The position numbers were made by a program, and so were the translations under genes. DNA of 64,000 nt from positions 8,060,001 to 8,124,000 of the forward strand of contig CM120649.1 of NCBI GenBank assembly GCA_051362555.1, given 5' to 3'. Source of the stretch: Lingula anatina (Eukaryota > Animalia > Brachiopoda). Under the pieces are notes generated by a model. It was not told the origin of the DNA and made no database searches. It was given only the letters and a program-made list of their open reading frames with translations. Position 1 is the first letter of the stretch. The number at the start of each line of letters is the position of its first letter. This document shows, piece after piece, positions 44,401 to 59,662 of this stretch.

Positions 44401-46650
44401 AGTAATTATTGATAACTTCCGATTCAGTAATAAACAAAAATGATTTAGGTACTTTATGTTTCTTTGGCTTCGGGACAATCTGCCCATTGGCTACACAGAC
44501 AGATATAGAGCAATTGGTAAATACAGAAAAGAACTATAAATTAAAAATAAAAAACATAATAGAAATGACATTTACATTAGATCTAAATACAATTGTCCAA
44601 AAAATAAAGTAACTAATTAGAAGGCTTTTGAAGTGGTTGTAGTATGTACGATAAATGTTATGGCGGGGAAGTACGGATAGGGAATGGTTTTGCAGAAGTT
44701 GGCCAAATTGTGAAGTATTTTCATGATTACAGGTAATATAATGTAATCATAATGGTAAAAAGGATACAAGCACAGTGTGTGTTTATCCCCATATTAGGAA
44801 AAGTAGGCAAATCCGTTTACAGAATTAACGTAACAAAGGTACTGTGTGAATTACCATAAATAATAGATGGTTAAAACATTAGTTTTTTTCTCTTTTTTGT
44901 TTCAAAATTCAGTATTATATTATAAAGTTGTTACCAAACAGCCAACCAACCAAAACGAAAGACAATAAAAATGTTTGCGCAAGTGACACCTCCCTGCTTT
45001 AACGCCACATTAAATGTTTTACAATGAATAATATTTTACGTCATAACTGGTCTACTTAAACGACGACAAAATAAACGCACTAGCAGATCTACCCGTGTGT
45101 ACTTAAACTGCCCAAGTCATTAAAAGTCTGACTTAATTGGCTGAGAAATGCCAACACTCAATGGCAAGCTTAAACACAGGTATGGTTGTCCAAACATTGA
45201 ACATGAGGCTTACTTGTTCCCCTCCGGCACAGGAAAGTGAGGATGACAAAAATTAAGTGGAGATTCGTATCAGCGTCGACGGCAGAGTTGCACGAAATTG
45301 AATGTAATTAGTAAAAAAAAGCTTTCGTCATTCCTGTCACTAAAAGCTGGGGACAACCTTGTTTGGGGATCAGATAACGCATTGTAGCAGAAAAATTGTA
45401 AATAAGAAAAGAGGAGTTTATGTGTTTGACTGTATCTTTTGTCTAGATCGTAAAGAGTGAAGTCTAATGTATTGAGAAAACGGGGATGATTTACATAAGA
45501 GTTTGAAGATAGAGAGAGAGAGAGAGAGCAAAAACGTTACTCCAAAAATAGTGAAATATCCCTACTTCATTATTTTAAGTTGTGCATATAGAAAAACACT
45601 GGAGAGGGGGAGTGCCACAGAAATTAAAGGACCTAATCATTTTCCACAGTGAAATGTACCTATTAACCGATGGGCCACCCCGGTAGCCCAATGACAGAGA
45701 CGGTAATCAGTGTTATCTCTGGCACACGTCAAGTGCGGTGACAGCGGACATTCACAGGCGTTCAGCCATTACGGTCAGACAGCAGTTACATTACATTACG
45801 ACGCGTAATTCGTTATCCGTTGCAATTACCGCCACCGGTAAATGACGTGCGTGTCTCCGTTTGTTTTGATTAATGAATTAATTGTGCTCTGCTAAATTGA
45901 AAAACAAAGAAATTCCCCCTAACATACCTGGTTAAATGTGAAGATTAGGAACACGTTAATTCTCAATTAAATAGCTTAATTGGTCTGGCATATATTAAGA
46001 AAATATGATTTAAGTTAATCGCTTGTATTGGTGGAAAATAGTATGAGATTTGTCATTTGTATGTCCTTAATTATTTCAAATCTGTTTTCAATTATTAATT
46101 TATTAATTAATTTTATTTTCATTTTATTCTATTCAATGTTTTTCAATTGGTACGCTGTGAAAGACATGAAATTAAACGCTTTCAATAATGAATTTTTAGT
46201 ATATGATAAACAGCGTATTGCCTTCAATTTATACTTGTTTTGAAATATTTCTGCTTCACCTTAACGTTACGTATGTAATTTTTCAGTTTTTATTAATGTC
46301 ATAATTCGAATTTACACCTATGTAAGGGTATTCTTTACATTGGCATTGAAATTGATATATTACATGTTGAATTATTTGATTCAGCATTAGTAAATGAAGT
46401 AGCGTTTCTCCGTTGGCTTATCACGTGGCATTCTTAGCTCTACTTTTACGAAACTCTCAGAGGAGAGATTAATTCTAAATGTTTAACCGATGTTCAATGG
46501 AACTCAAACGACCTGCGGCGAAAATATCACGGAAAAAATATTCCTCAAATGGTCCGTATAACATCTAATTGACACGCAGCCAGTGCTTGGAACCTCGTGC
46601 CTTTCTTTTTCTTGGACATACAATGACTTTCTACCTGAGTGCCTCTGGAG

Positions 46651-46836
46651 TCATCAAACATATATCTTTGTGTGATTCTAATGTGTAACATTATGTTGGC
46701 ATTATGTTTGTATTGTGTGGTTAGTTCTGATATCGTTTTCTTGTTGAATGATTACAAACTCGTCAAACATATATCTTTGTATGGTCATGTTGTGTGGTTA
46801 TTGTGACGGCATTGTGTAGTGGGTTCTGATACCGTT
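46651..46836. repeat. Degenerate ~110-bp tandem duplication
   Basis: tcaaacatatatctttgt...gttctgata.cgtt occurs twice. Confidence 0.55.
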
Positions 46837-49800
46837 ATGCACGCTCCAAAAGCCACTGAGTCGGTCCACAGTTTTTAGTAGATAAATCAGCGTTTTATCT
46901 GATAATTACTCCAACCTTAAGTATCATTTTAAGAAGAACACAAAGGTATAAGAGAATTATTGAGTACGGCAACAAACGGTAACAATGGCGAGACGAGACC
47001 GGTACACACTATGATTAGGGAAGAACGAGAAGATGCAAACAAATGATAAAAGCCTTTCCATTGATCTATCGGGATTTGGAGCAGACGATAAGAAAATTTG
47101 ACCTCAGCGACATTGTCGTCTGCTACTGGTTTTACGTCGAGGTTACATTTTGGGTATTTACAAACTTCTGTATCATTCGTTCTACGTAATAGAATTAATG
47201 TACTCATATTTACGTGTAATTTAAAAGCCATTTTGTGCAGACGGCAAGACAAATAGCCTGCCCGATTCTGTAGTAGTTCATGTGTGAGTTTGTAGGTTCG
47301 TGAGAGTGTTTATTTATTTATTTTTCTTTTTATTTTACGTACATATCGTACTTAAAAAGCTTGGGTAACAGAGTAAAGAGACCAGAATGAAAAAGACATT
47401 CAGTGAATTGCTTACAACATCAGAAAAGTTGTCTGTGCTTGACTTACATTATTTTGGATACATATTCGTAAAATTAAAAACCAAGCAATTGTGATAGACA
47501 TAATTACACATTAAAATGAAAAGTGACAATTTTTGTAAAAAGTTGAATATGCAAGCAGGATAGAAAGTTGTCGTCCTCTGTTTTATTTCATAGCATGTGA
47601 TTTGGCATTTTTGATATCATCCATCTTTGAGAGAAAAATTTTTACATTTTTGTGTAAACCTAGGTACATGTAATCTCACTCTCTAAGCATGCGTATAATG
47701 TTTAAATATATTTGAAGAATACACGCAATGAAACCAAGAACATTTTCTCCAAATAAAAATCGAAATCATATGGGAGGAATGTTTTCCAACGCCAAACAAA
47801 TTTGACAAAGGAGATGCTTTCGATAGCAAAATCATAAATAATTACAATTTCGGGCCTGACTGCCAATTTCCAAAACGTGCATTATTTAATCCCAAATAGA
47901 AGCGCATATTCGGGACAGCGGAATTTATTATATCGTTAGTCAAACAATGTCAGGGTATTTTCTCCCCGGCCTCGTCACTTTCGCATGACCGCACAACTAT
48001 TTCAGCACGTCTGTATTCTTATTCTCACCGCTCCCCGCACACCTGGGTTTAAGGGAAAACACGGCCCGATGAGCATCTTGAAAGCCCTGCTCCCCTAATC
48101 TCTAATCATCTTTCAGACCCCTCGCACTTGAGAGCTCTCAGTAAATACCAATTTATTAGTTCTTAGTTCCAATCTTGGCGGGATTCGAAAGACTTAACCC
48201 TGCCTGCTCTGGGTTGGTGTCCGCGAGGGGCGTTCCCCAGCCCCGGGAAGGGGAGGGGCTTAGCGGGGCTGGGACTACAGCTTCACGAGGCTGATTTCGA
48301 GCTGCTGGTAGAAGTTGTCTTCAGAATTTGTGTATGCACACTCCGAATTTTATTTTGGATTCGCCCCCTCTCCCCTTCCCAACATTCCTTACGTCACTTT
48401 CACGGCTGTGGGATAGAACAGAAGAAGTCATTGAATTTTGCGCGCGTTTCGATCCATAATGTCGTCTAGATACGATTTTGAAAACTTTGACGTATGCTTA
48501 CTAAGAGTGGATCTCGCCAAGTCACATTTGTCTCCGACATGTAGCTCTGTTTGCACAGGAAATCATCTCACCTGTGCCTTCCCCATCTCTTTTCAGTTTC
48601 CTCTCCGTCTCCTTTGAATTCGCCGCCCCTCAATGAATAGGAATTTAATTGAAAATATGCAAATATAACATCAAAATCAAAATACGTATTTTCTCCGCTT
48701 CAATGTGTTTGAAAGGGTATGAAATTGCCTCCGTATGAGTTCCCCGGGTCGGGTTTCTTTCTTATATTGAAATACCAAACGGGGGCCATGACCCGCAGTA
48801 GTATTGTTCCCAAATTCATTATTTTCCTCACCAAAAGCGTTGATTCAACAGTGTGTGTATATTTGACGACCGGCAAAGATCCGAGAGAAATTCGCCGACA
48901 AAATTCAAAACTCCATAAGAAACCTACCCCTGAAGAATATTATAGACATATGACGCGTTCCAAAGGCATATATGTACACGTCGGCTTAGGAAAGTTTCAA
49001 GGTACCGGGCATAAAACGGCCAGGTATTCCCACTCTGCAAATCAATAAAAACTCGACTTGTTCCGAGCGCTATAAATCTTGCACGTCTTTTGTCCGAGTC
49101 CTTTGTGCACTGTCGTTTCAGCAGAGTTACAAAAGGTCGCTTTACACGATAGTTCTAACAAGCAGCGAATTCCATGACCGTGGCAGAATGAATACCTCAC
49201 AAAACACAACCGCTGGTGTAGTATTTACCTGAGAAATCGGCTTTATCCTTCCAATAAACAATTTGATTCAATCCCCTTCTTTTGCCGTACAACACCAAAT
49301 ACACCCTCTCCTATTCAAAACCGTTGCACTACATGAAAAATGTCTTTAGGCCCTCAATAGCTCGAGTCTAAGCCTTAGCGTAAATCGAATAGCGTGCATT
49401 CTACTTAGTATTGATGGGTAATTCGGATCATTTGGGGCGAAATTCATCGTACAATCAAAGGTTTTTGTTCGGTTTATTGATGAAGGTTTTTCAACTTTGT
49501 ACACAAATTCAGTGCGGTTTCTGTATTCGTTACAGTCTAGATGGAAACGCGGCGCAGGCAACAACTACGGCGGGCAGTTTGGGATTTATTTTTGAACGGT
49601 TTGTATCTTTTAAAGAATGTCGTGAAGTGAATATGTATTTTAAGTTGTTGTTCATTTAGATATATTTTCATCTTATAACGGTTTAAAAAGGGCCCATTTA
49701 TACTACATAGAACAATTTAGGATCTTACAAAACGCTTCGAATCAGGATTTAAACTCATAGGATTTACCGAAGGAAAAACTTCAAAACGACTCAAACAAGA

Positions 49801-52800
49801 TAAACGATGGGATATTTCAATGTTGGTCGCCATCTTGAAAAAGACTCGACGACAAGCCGTAGGAGTGAGACGTGGAAATATTTGGATCTGTGCCAAACGA
49901 ATGCGTCGTCAAATTGGATGAAAAAATATGACCTAACTCACAAAGGAATGTTACCCGTGCTCTCACGTCGATCTCACCTAGACACGGGATAATAAACCTA
50001 AAAAGATCTCTCACAAGTGAAAAATGTGTTATACGACGACGTTCATGAAGTAGTTAGAAAAGATGTAATTAAAACGGTATCCAAACGACACTTAATATTC
50101 TGATGTTGTGAGGGGTGGAAAAAAAGTTTATTGGAATAAGCAAAAGAACTACAATCGAAGTGACGATATGGCCGATCATTTAAAAGTGTCTTCTCGCGCT
50201 TCGTCATGCTGTCATAGCAAATGATTAAAGCGAACGGAGTTTACGGCTCCGATAGAGAGGCGCCCCTTTTAAGGTACTAAGTTCTTCTCCGCTCTGGTAA
50301 TGAGGTTTCCTAGCTGGTATTGTTCCCACCCTATAGCTCTGACCCCGGCCCCGACCCCGACCGCCCCTTACCGAGATGGGTTTCCAGTGCTCATTTACAT
50401 ATGAAAGGCCGCTTTCGTGTCGATTTAGGCTTGGCAAAATTTTTTTTGTGATATTATAAACACGATTTCTGAAAGATATATATCATTGCAGGCTATTTTG
50501 GCTTGTCGTTTTTTATGATATTAAATCAACAAAATTTTGTTAGAAATGTATTAGTATTATGGTATGCGTTGTAGGTCTTTTCATCCGATGTAACTATATA
50601 CAATTGTGGTAGAATGTATGTAGACAATTTCATTGGCAGGGATTTTTAGCTAGTGGTATTTTTTTGTGATATTAGCTAGATAAAATAACATTCAGTGTCA
50701 ATTTTGATTAATCACATTTCATGATTTTTTTAAAGAATAAATGCAAGGTCCTTGTACGTACTGGGATTTGCGATGCATATATAAATTTGGATGTTAGCGT
50801 CATTTTTTCATCACAGGTGCTGCTTCCCTCCTACCGTGCTAAAGGTATGTTTTGGAAAAAAATAGTTATTGGCAGCATTTTGAATTTTGTCTAAGACACG
50901 GCATATCCTTGGTTTTCAGCCTTAACAGCCGATGGGATGAAATTGTCCAATTCCAAAAATAACCAGCGTCTGCTTTTGCTCCTACAATACTAAACATTCA
51001 TGCTAATTTAAATTAAGCAAATAATAGATGTTGAACGATCATTACACTAACACGCGTACACAAGGCGACATTGTAATATTAGAACATATAGTTCTAAAAG
51101 TTAAATTTGATATTTTCCAACCAGCATAAGCATTCACGATTTTAATCACATTTCCTAACAATTTTAAGTCAATATTTTCTCAGCTGTTTCTCGACACGTA
51201 ACCTGACATTTACTTAGATAACCATGAGGGTTATTTAACTTTGTGACTTTTGGTGAGGTCCCTTGCTTACAGGGGACGACTTTCAAACTTAGGCCTCTGG
51301 CAGTTTCTTCTATGATACACGAATGATTTAGATGACTGGGTTTATATCAGTTTGTAAACATTTCTGAAAATCTTCTACAAACAATTTTTGTAAAATCACA
51401 ACGAATTGACTAATGGTCAATGACGTCATGCATGCAGTTTTATTTTTTGACTGATTTTTTTAAACTTTTACTTAGAACTAGTTTTGTTCCTGTAACAGAC
51501 GATAGGTCACCTAGAAATCTTCATAACTGCCGACTTCCCAAGATGATGTTACTATACACGATTTGATTTATCTTGCCGATTTTGGGCAGCAGACGACAAA
51601 CTTTTCATCTGGCAGATGACAATTTTCACTTGTGCTCTCTAAGGACAGGTTAGAGTAGGAAAATCCCCCCTCAAAATTAGCATAGAAATAATGGCTGAAT
51701 TGTAGCAATCAATGGAAAAATAATTTGATTTATTGCATAAAGAGCGGAAGACTTGGAAACAAGTCACAAATGGATTTCATTAGCGAGGGAAAATTGAATT
51801 TCTGTGACACGAAGGTGAAAAACAAGAGCTCGCTAGGGAGAGGAAAGGAAGTTATGTGTTTCTTAGGAGGACTGTCCTTATTCTGTTAAGAAGACTTTTT
51901 AAAAAAATTATAGCAAGAGGGAGAGAACAAAATGAAATCATTCCGCCATTACTCATTAAGACACAAAATAATAATAAGTTCTACGAAAACTATAGATATA
52001 TATTTTAATAAACTGGTCCTCAAAATCTTAAGACACTGGCGGCGAAGAAAAAGAATATTAAGATCAATCTGCCATATCAACCTACATCTGGTATATAAAT
52101 GAACATAAAATCATTCCAATCAAATATTTAATATTGAAAATTCGCTGACTTTACCTCGATGTGAACGGCTAAAACGAAGTATGGTAACAGAGTTATATTG
52201 AAATGATGGTACATATTCCTGATTTAGATTTCTCATAATGGTCCAGTCTCAAATGTGGACTATTTCTTCCCGTCATGATAAAGTATTAAAGGTTACCCAA
52301 GAACCAATTATGCCATAACAGTAGCTCTCCTACTTTAACTTTAGCGCTCCATTGAAGAACATTGTCAACATTTTGAGGTTAATTGGATTTCGAGAAGGGC
52401 GGAGGACAGTTTTAGATTGGACGTTACGACACAAAATGGGGAAAGGCAGTAGAGAAAATCTCATTCTGCAACAGGAAATTCTCTTCGTAACAGCCAGGTC
52501 GCGTTACTTTATTGTGGACAATTTCCGTTACTTTATCCCTTATTGAATCTCTAGTTTAACCCAAGAAGCAATACTTTCGACATAAAATAGCATAGCCACC
52601 AACCAGCAGAAATTGGAAATTGTACTTAGACAATAACTTTTGTCATATTTCTTTATCGTAAAATGATTAACTTGATGCACAGTGATAATACTGTAATGTT
52701 TTTGATTTAGATAAATTTAGTAATGGTGTTTATTTGATCGTAATTTTACCGAGTTTGGTCTTGAGTATGCTGATAGACGTGGAACCCCCTTCTGAAATTC

Positions 52801-54229
52801 AAACCCTAAGACAAAAAAGACAACATAGGATGTCTAGCATTTGGACGTTCGACCTTAAAATTCCATTTAAGATAAATAATAATTAGGTAGGAACGTGCCA
52901 TCTATCCATGTTAAAAATATTTTCAAGAAAAACTTATTTGAAGATGAACTGTGCAACTGTTGTTTCTGTGATAAACTAAAATAATAAACTCGACAGGTCA
53001 AGCAAAATCAACACAAATAAATGTATTTATACAGGTATCCTAATGCATGTTATACAATTAAATGATTTGCGAACAAACCCCCTTACATTCGACTTATGTT
53101 GTCTACTCTGTGGTAATCGTAAAATTACCTTAAATTGAACGCCGTTGGATTAAAAAAGAAAAGAAATTTGGGATAAATTTCAACAAAAAGCAAGACATAC
53201 AACTTCTGCCTATCCCTTGGCCTTGCTAATATCATCGTGGCTTCTAATCACATAGACGTGTTATTGGTCGGCTTTAATTTGCTGGTCCTTTTGTTCCTCA
53301 CTGAGGCTTTGATTGACACTTCTCCTGGTTGGAAATTGACTTTTTTATCGTATTCCAATAATGAGTCCTTGTTTTTTTATATCAAATGTATTTGCAGCTG
53401 GAAGAGAAGTGTCAAAGAAAATAACATTTTCTGTGCTATTGCAGGGAAATCAAAGTTAATATAGACATCTGGTGGTACAGATAGCAGGCTTCACTGGTGT
53501 CGTCTGCTGCTATCTGAAATTGTCGTCTGCCATCAATTCTGCCGTCTGCTGAGTATCCCAAGGATTTTGTCGATTGATTGAAATTATTTCTCATACCTGG
53601 GTATCCAGAGCTGAATTTGCAGTTATATTTTTATATTGTTATTTACGGAAGATCTGATATCTAGAATATTTCTTTCAAAAAAGATAACAAATCCTCTTCT
53701 ATATTATTCCCAATATCTGAGTTACATTTCTACATTTAGCAGTCACAATTACTATAAATTTTACATCAGTTATAAATTCCTTGTATTTGTCATAAAAATC
53801 GGAAGCTGCAAAATTTAAATCCTTACGTATATAAATAGGAATTGGAATATACTGAAATAAAAACCAGAAGACTGAAGGCAAACAGGAGCGAAAAATATAT
53901 GTGGAAAAGTGGCGTCTGCTAAGCCTTCTGCTCTCCCTTTTCCGTCAAAAGCGGGCTCAGAAAGGGTGCAGCTCAGACATTTTACTTCTGGCAACTATGC
54001 TGTTTTACAATAATTGGATACATACACATTCATCATCTATTACTGACACAAAGTTTGTTGCGGAATTCAATCATGATTCAACAAAAATCCCACAACTATC
54101 ACTTGTAATTCAATCACAAGGTTTTGCCACGGAAATGATGTTGCTTTGATAGCAAAAAGCATGGGTGACAGTGATTGCACGTGGTACGAGTCTTGTCCAG
54201 CTTGTTAGTAGTTTCTGGCTGTGATGTGA

Positions 54230-54258
54230 ACGCGTGCATGTGCATGCGTGTGTGTGCA

Positions 54259-54312
<54 letters not shown>
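54230..54312. repeat. (TG)n(GA)n compound microsatellite
   Basis: Direct sequence. Confidence 0.9.
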
Positions 54313-54317
<5 letters not shown>

Positions 54318-55124
54318 TTCCCCAAGCACTTATTTTCACCATGAAGGACTGCACGGCGCGGACCAGAGATGTCACTCATAAGTTTTTTGTTCCAAAACCA
54401 GCGACCTCCTCTTTCGCTGTCGTCTTTAAATTTTCAATCCCCATCCTGATTTAGAGATACTAGAGAAAAGGCCAGTGCATGACGACACTACTAATTATCG
54501 ACAAATAAAAAATCCCTCTTTTAAAAAATCACTCTTAAAACTACTAGGGATTTTTTCTACTCCTTAAGCAAGGAGATATTATTTGTGGGCATTTTTCTTT
54601 TCTGAAATTGTCTCGATAGAATTTGTATCCAGGACTTCTGCATAGTTTATTTTTTCCAGGCAATTTCTTCGCATCAACTCCGTAGGATGCAATGGAAAAT
54701 GACGGCCAATTACGCCTCATCTTCTGTAATTGGGTATTCGCTATCGTCCGCTGTGCGAGGTAATGGAGTTGAAGCTAACACTGTGATTACGCATAATAAG
54801 ATTTCTTAAGCTAATGATGGCCACATATCTGCGACTGCAAAGTTAGAATAGCTTCATGTCCAGTAGTTAAGAGGGAGACAACGAAAGAAGAAAAGCATGT
54901 TCACGTGTGCTTGTGTGCGTATACGTGTGTGTGTGTGTGAGCCTGCGTGTGCTTTCGTGTGTAATGAGGAATAAAAAACAAATAAACAACCACGTGATCT
55001 TTTCTTTTTCCTTTGATAGCATGATTCTATTGAAAAGATCCAGTCACACGCTGCACATGGCGAGATATAGTACACTTGTCACCTCGGTTGTAGACAAACC
55101 GGGAGCAGAAAGCGCCACATCTCT

Positions 55125-55125
55125 T

Positions 55126-55168
<43 letters not shown>

Positions 55169-55194
55169 TCTATTTATTTATTTATTTATTTATT
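55125..55194. repeat. (TTTA)n microsatellite
   Basis: Direct sequence. Confidence 0.9.
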
Positions 55195-58100
55195 CTTGGA
55201 ATTCTGCTCATTTCGATCTTTTTAAAAATTCTCCTCGGTTGTGTTTTATTGGGCGTCATTCCGTTGTGACATACTATACTGTTTATATCGGGGACGGAGA
55301 CGAAAAGGAGATGAAATATTAGTATGTAAGTCTGGCTAAGTTAAATTGCACTTAGAAAGATAAATGATTGCACTTTTTAAAAATATGATTATAATTAAAC
55401 ATTTGTGATATGTTTTAAAATGTTTTGATTTAATAGATATTAGCATGCTTATCCAAACTTTGCGTCTAACAAACTTGGTGAAAATTGTCTCAAAGCTGTT
55501 TCTAAAATCTGCTGTATTTTTTCGGTTTCGGTGATTCGTAATGTAAAGATGACAGACAGACAGACACAAAGCCATGCTCAATCGCCGTATTTCTTTGATC
55601 TATCATAAATATTATGGTTATATTAATCCATTGCATTAGGTCTATTGTGCCACTGTGGTATACTTATTTTTGCAGTAGATTTGATGATTGGAGAAAAATA
55701 ATTAGAACAACTTTTGAGCCTTTTTAAAGAACACAAATTTAGAGCAAATATACAAAACTCAACTTAGCCCTTCGCAATGAATACGACACCGGCTTTATGG
55801 GACCAAAAGTCGTTTGATTTTTGCATTTGCTTCAAGTTCAGAAGTCGGAAAAATCATTTCGGCAGCAATTTAAGCTTGGCTACGGGGCAAGACATTTCCA
55901 ACGCGGTGAACACAAAAGCAAGGTACCAGAAAACAAACACGACAATCTCTCCCCACTAATCTAGGTAGCGCAGATAATTAGGGGATTAACATGGAATATA
56001 TCAAATCAGTCATTCCGTTAAATTTGTTGTTAACATGTTATTGCTAGTACATAATAAATCTAGCATTACATCATGCCTGGGTTGACGATATTTGTATCTC
56101 ATTTTTTTTTTATTTTGCTTTACTCTTTCTACAAACGGAAGTGAAAGCATTGCATTCAACAAATATGAAAGAAATTATCAAAAGTAAACAACTATCCACA
56201 CCACACAGTTATGAAAACAAAATAATATTAAGGCATGACAACGACTTTGCCTTGAAAAGGTTCCCCGTGCGTGCTCCTGCTTGGCGCATCATTTTATTAC
56301 CTAGGAGCTGTGATCTGCAACGATTCAAAAATACTTAACATACAATCATTTCATTCTACTACATTGTATCTATATCATGTCGGCTGCTGTGATCCCATAA
56401 CTGACAATGTTAACATGATCGTGCGTATCCCAGAATCTATTCTATGCCAGGACTGCCATGATGTGCATGTATTACACGATTTTAGATGTTTTACCAAAAG
56501 AAGTAGGTATCAAATTGCATGTACTTGGTTTTACAAGGGACTTGATCATGTTTGAGCACCTTTTTGATTGCAAAGTTTTTAGGACTTCTCTTGAAATGGT
56601 ATGATGATGCTTTCTGGGGTTATGTTCTTCATGTTATTAGGTGCTAGGGCTGAATATTGAGTCCAAATTATGTGGAATAGTCTTTCACAGTGTTTGAGCT
56701 GAATTTTTGTTAGAAATGTATCAAAAATATTGCTTATTGCTTCTAGATAATATGTATGTAAATGGAGAATGGTTTTGATTACAAAATACACTTATTGCCG
56801 GGTTTAAATTATCTGCGCTGGCACAGCATTAAACAATAACAGTGTTCACGTAACACTTCCATATTTGTAAAAGAAAGGTCTAAATCGGTTACCTGCCCCA
56901 ATTCTAGTTAGATTAGTGACATATAACTCCTTTTCTTCAATATTTTGTTCATGAGAAAATTTGGTCTCGTGTGAACAAAAACTCTATTAAATTACAATCA
57001 TAGAATTCAGAGTTTTTCCCCTCACAAACGTGTTAACGTGAAGGCAATTTGTTTCTATGCAAACATTTTGTTAAACACAGCACTGGAACACGACTTTGGC
57101 AAGGGTATATAGAACAGATTAGTTTCCCTACACTGCAGGTCAATCTGAACAGACTTCACTTCAGTGTAATTACACTGCAAATATATCGTCACACAACAAG
57201 AAAAAAAAAGAAATAAAAATGACGACGCAAAAAAACTCACCACACGGGGTAATTTCAAGCATTTAATTAGAATTCCTCGTCAAATAACAGCGTCCACACA
57301 GGTGCGAGAATACAGTGCCTGCGGCCATGCTGCTAATGTCTGCACTTCAGTTAGAACATATTAATTTATTTACCATACAAACCCCGTTCTTGTAGAATTA
57401 TTTTGCGCCAATGCACTTTGCTGACATAGCGATATGTTATCCAACCGGCCCATAAGACTTCTCTGTTATTCGACTTTATTCAAACATGACCCATGTAATG
57501 ATATAACCAAGCTTCGGGTGATGGAGAAAAAACAAGAAAAAAAGTAGCATTCTTCGCAATCTTAAATCCTTTTTAATTCTGAGCGAAGCAGCTAATAAGC
57601 TTCGTTTGTACTTTTCTGATTATATTTGCGTTATTGTTTTCTGTTTTCTTAAAATCTTTTTGCAAGAATCTTGGACCATATAAAATAACATACAGATAGA
57701 AACTGTAAATGTAGATGTTCCACTGTCTATACCAACTCCCAACCCCGGGCTAACCGGGATGTGGGTTTATATTTAGAGGTAAAAAAATAAACATGTTTAC
57801 CAATGAAATTTTAAGACATTCAAACAAATTCAAGATGTTGAAGATCGGTCAGATGGAAAGATTGAATGAAATTGTTTGTTGAATATTGTTTGGTTCCTCT
57901 GGGTTATTTTTTGAGGAGACTATATTTGGTGTCAGAATCAAGGTATTTGTCTTTTAGTTATTCAGGTGATCAAATCTGTAACATTCGGTCACATGTAACA
58001 TTTCATATTTTCTCCAAACGACAACCTCGTTGACAGCTAGGTCAATTAAAAAAAGATATTGCAGTTCGACTATTTGACTATTTGGTATAAAAGTTAACTC

Positions 58101-59356
58101 GAAAAGGAGGTAAATGTTGATTTTACAAACTTCTAAATACAGTACTTTAAAATCGTTCTCGTATATTTGTAAGTACATATAACAGGGTAACACATCAATT
58201 GCGGTCCCCTTGCCTACTCAGTAACCTCCAGCCAAAAATTCCATTTCCCTGTTGTGCAAATATAATTTCTTCTCGACCAAACGCTGTGTTCAAACGGACA
58301 AAAATTAAACAGGGATCAAAACATTTTGATTGACGTCACAGCAGTGCGATAGTTGCCAGCCAAGCAGTAGCTCGCCACTGCATGTGAAGACAGATGAAGA
58401 TTTGCTTCCCTCCGGTATACCTAGGGTGAACTGATTTAATTCTCTTCATATTTCACTGTGAAGGCATTTCAATTTCTGCAAGTACCGTTCTAATGTTGTA
58501 AAAGTGAATGCAACTAAATTCATGTTTCTTGAAACTAAACCCTTCTCTCTGTCGGTGCGTCGCCCCATTTTTTGACATGTATATATCAGGTTAAGTGACA
58601 GCCGGGATATTAAATGACATTAAACGCAAATTAAAGTCTTACCAACGTAATGAAATCTGCACATTTCGTTTCGCCTCCTATGAATTCCGGACAAAACGTC
58701 CTGTCGCTCAAGCGGAGTGGTATTCAGGGATTTGGGGGGGGGGGGGGGGGGGGCTGGATGGCGACAGTGCCTCTGAATGTCGACAAATCTGTACCTTCGC
58801 CAAAAGGAACGCCCAGTAATGTCATTATAATTATTTAATAAATTTTCAGAAAAAAATTGCACAATGACACCCCAAGAATATATATAAATATTTATACACG
58901 TGACAGTCGAAATAATAGCAAAAGAATAAATAAACGGAACGACTGTATTTAAAGAAGGCGTTTAAAAATGACAACCTGGTTTCGCCAATGCCTTGTGTGT
59001 CACCAAGCGTATTCAGTTTAATGATTTTCTTTAGGCCAGGAAAATATACGTCTACATATAAACATTACAAAATAATAATAATAATTTAGACTGTTACAAC
59101 CTTTTAATTACAACTGTCGTTTTGTGACTTTCGTTTGGTAAGACATGGGAGACGTGAAAGGTCATTTAGTACAGCCTTGACGCTATTTTACGGTTAGTTT
59201 CATATGACTTAAGGAACGCCACGTTTTTCCAAATCCCTGACTATGTCTAAAATGCACGAGTTTTGTGGTTTAGGGTCAATAAGGACTGAAAAATCAAGAC
59301 TAGAAACAGGACACTTTGTGAAAGTATTTTAGTGCTGTAGCTCCGTAAATTATTCA

Positions 59357-59359
59357 TAT

Positions 59360-59414
<55 letters not shown>
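59357..59414. repeat. (TTTA)n microsatellite
   Basis: Direct sequence. Confidence 0.9.
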
Positions 59415-59565
59415 GTACATTCTTTAATGTGAACACTGCTGCCATTTGCTTATTACAGACAGAAGAAGAAAGGATTTTTTACAATGGCAAAAATACTCTT
59501 GATTTGTACTGTTAAATGTGAATCAACAGCGATGCCATGACAGATTTTAAAAAATTCATACTACC

Positions 59566-59568
<3 letters not shown>

Positions 59569-59647
<79 letters not shown>

Positions 59648-59662
59648 CACACACACACACAC
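59569..59662. repeat. (TC)n plus (CA)n microsatellite
   Basis: Direct sequence. Confidence 0.9.

Noticed and set aside
45730-45750. Resemblance to miR-210 (gtgcggtgacagcgg)
   Set aside because: Indel in or next to the seed region and no convincing precursor hairpin.
46650-46670. Resemblance to miR-190 on the minus strand
   Set aside because: Only partial identity, and it sits inside a local duplication.
48175-48195. tRNA/SINE B-box-like TTCGAATCCCGCCA on the minus strand
   Set aside because: Lacks the invariant G of GTTCGA; no A box or cloverleaf found.
53190-53400. Possible minus-strand exon after acceptor-like cttctcttccag
   Set aside because: All three frames hit stops soon after the acceptor; no partner exons.
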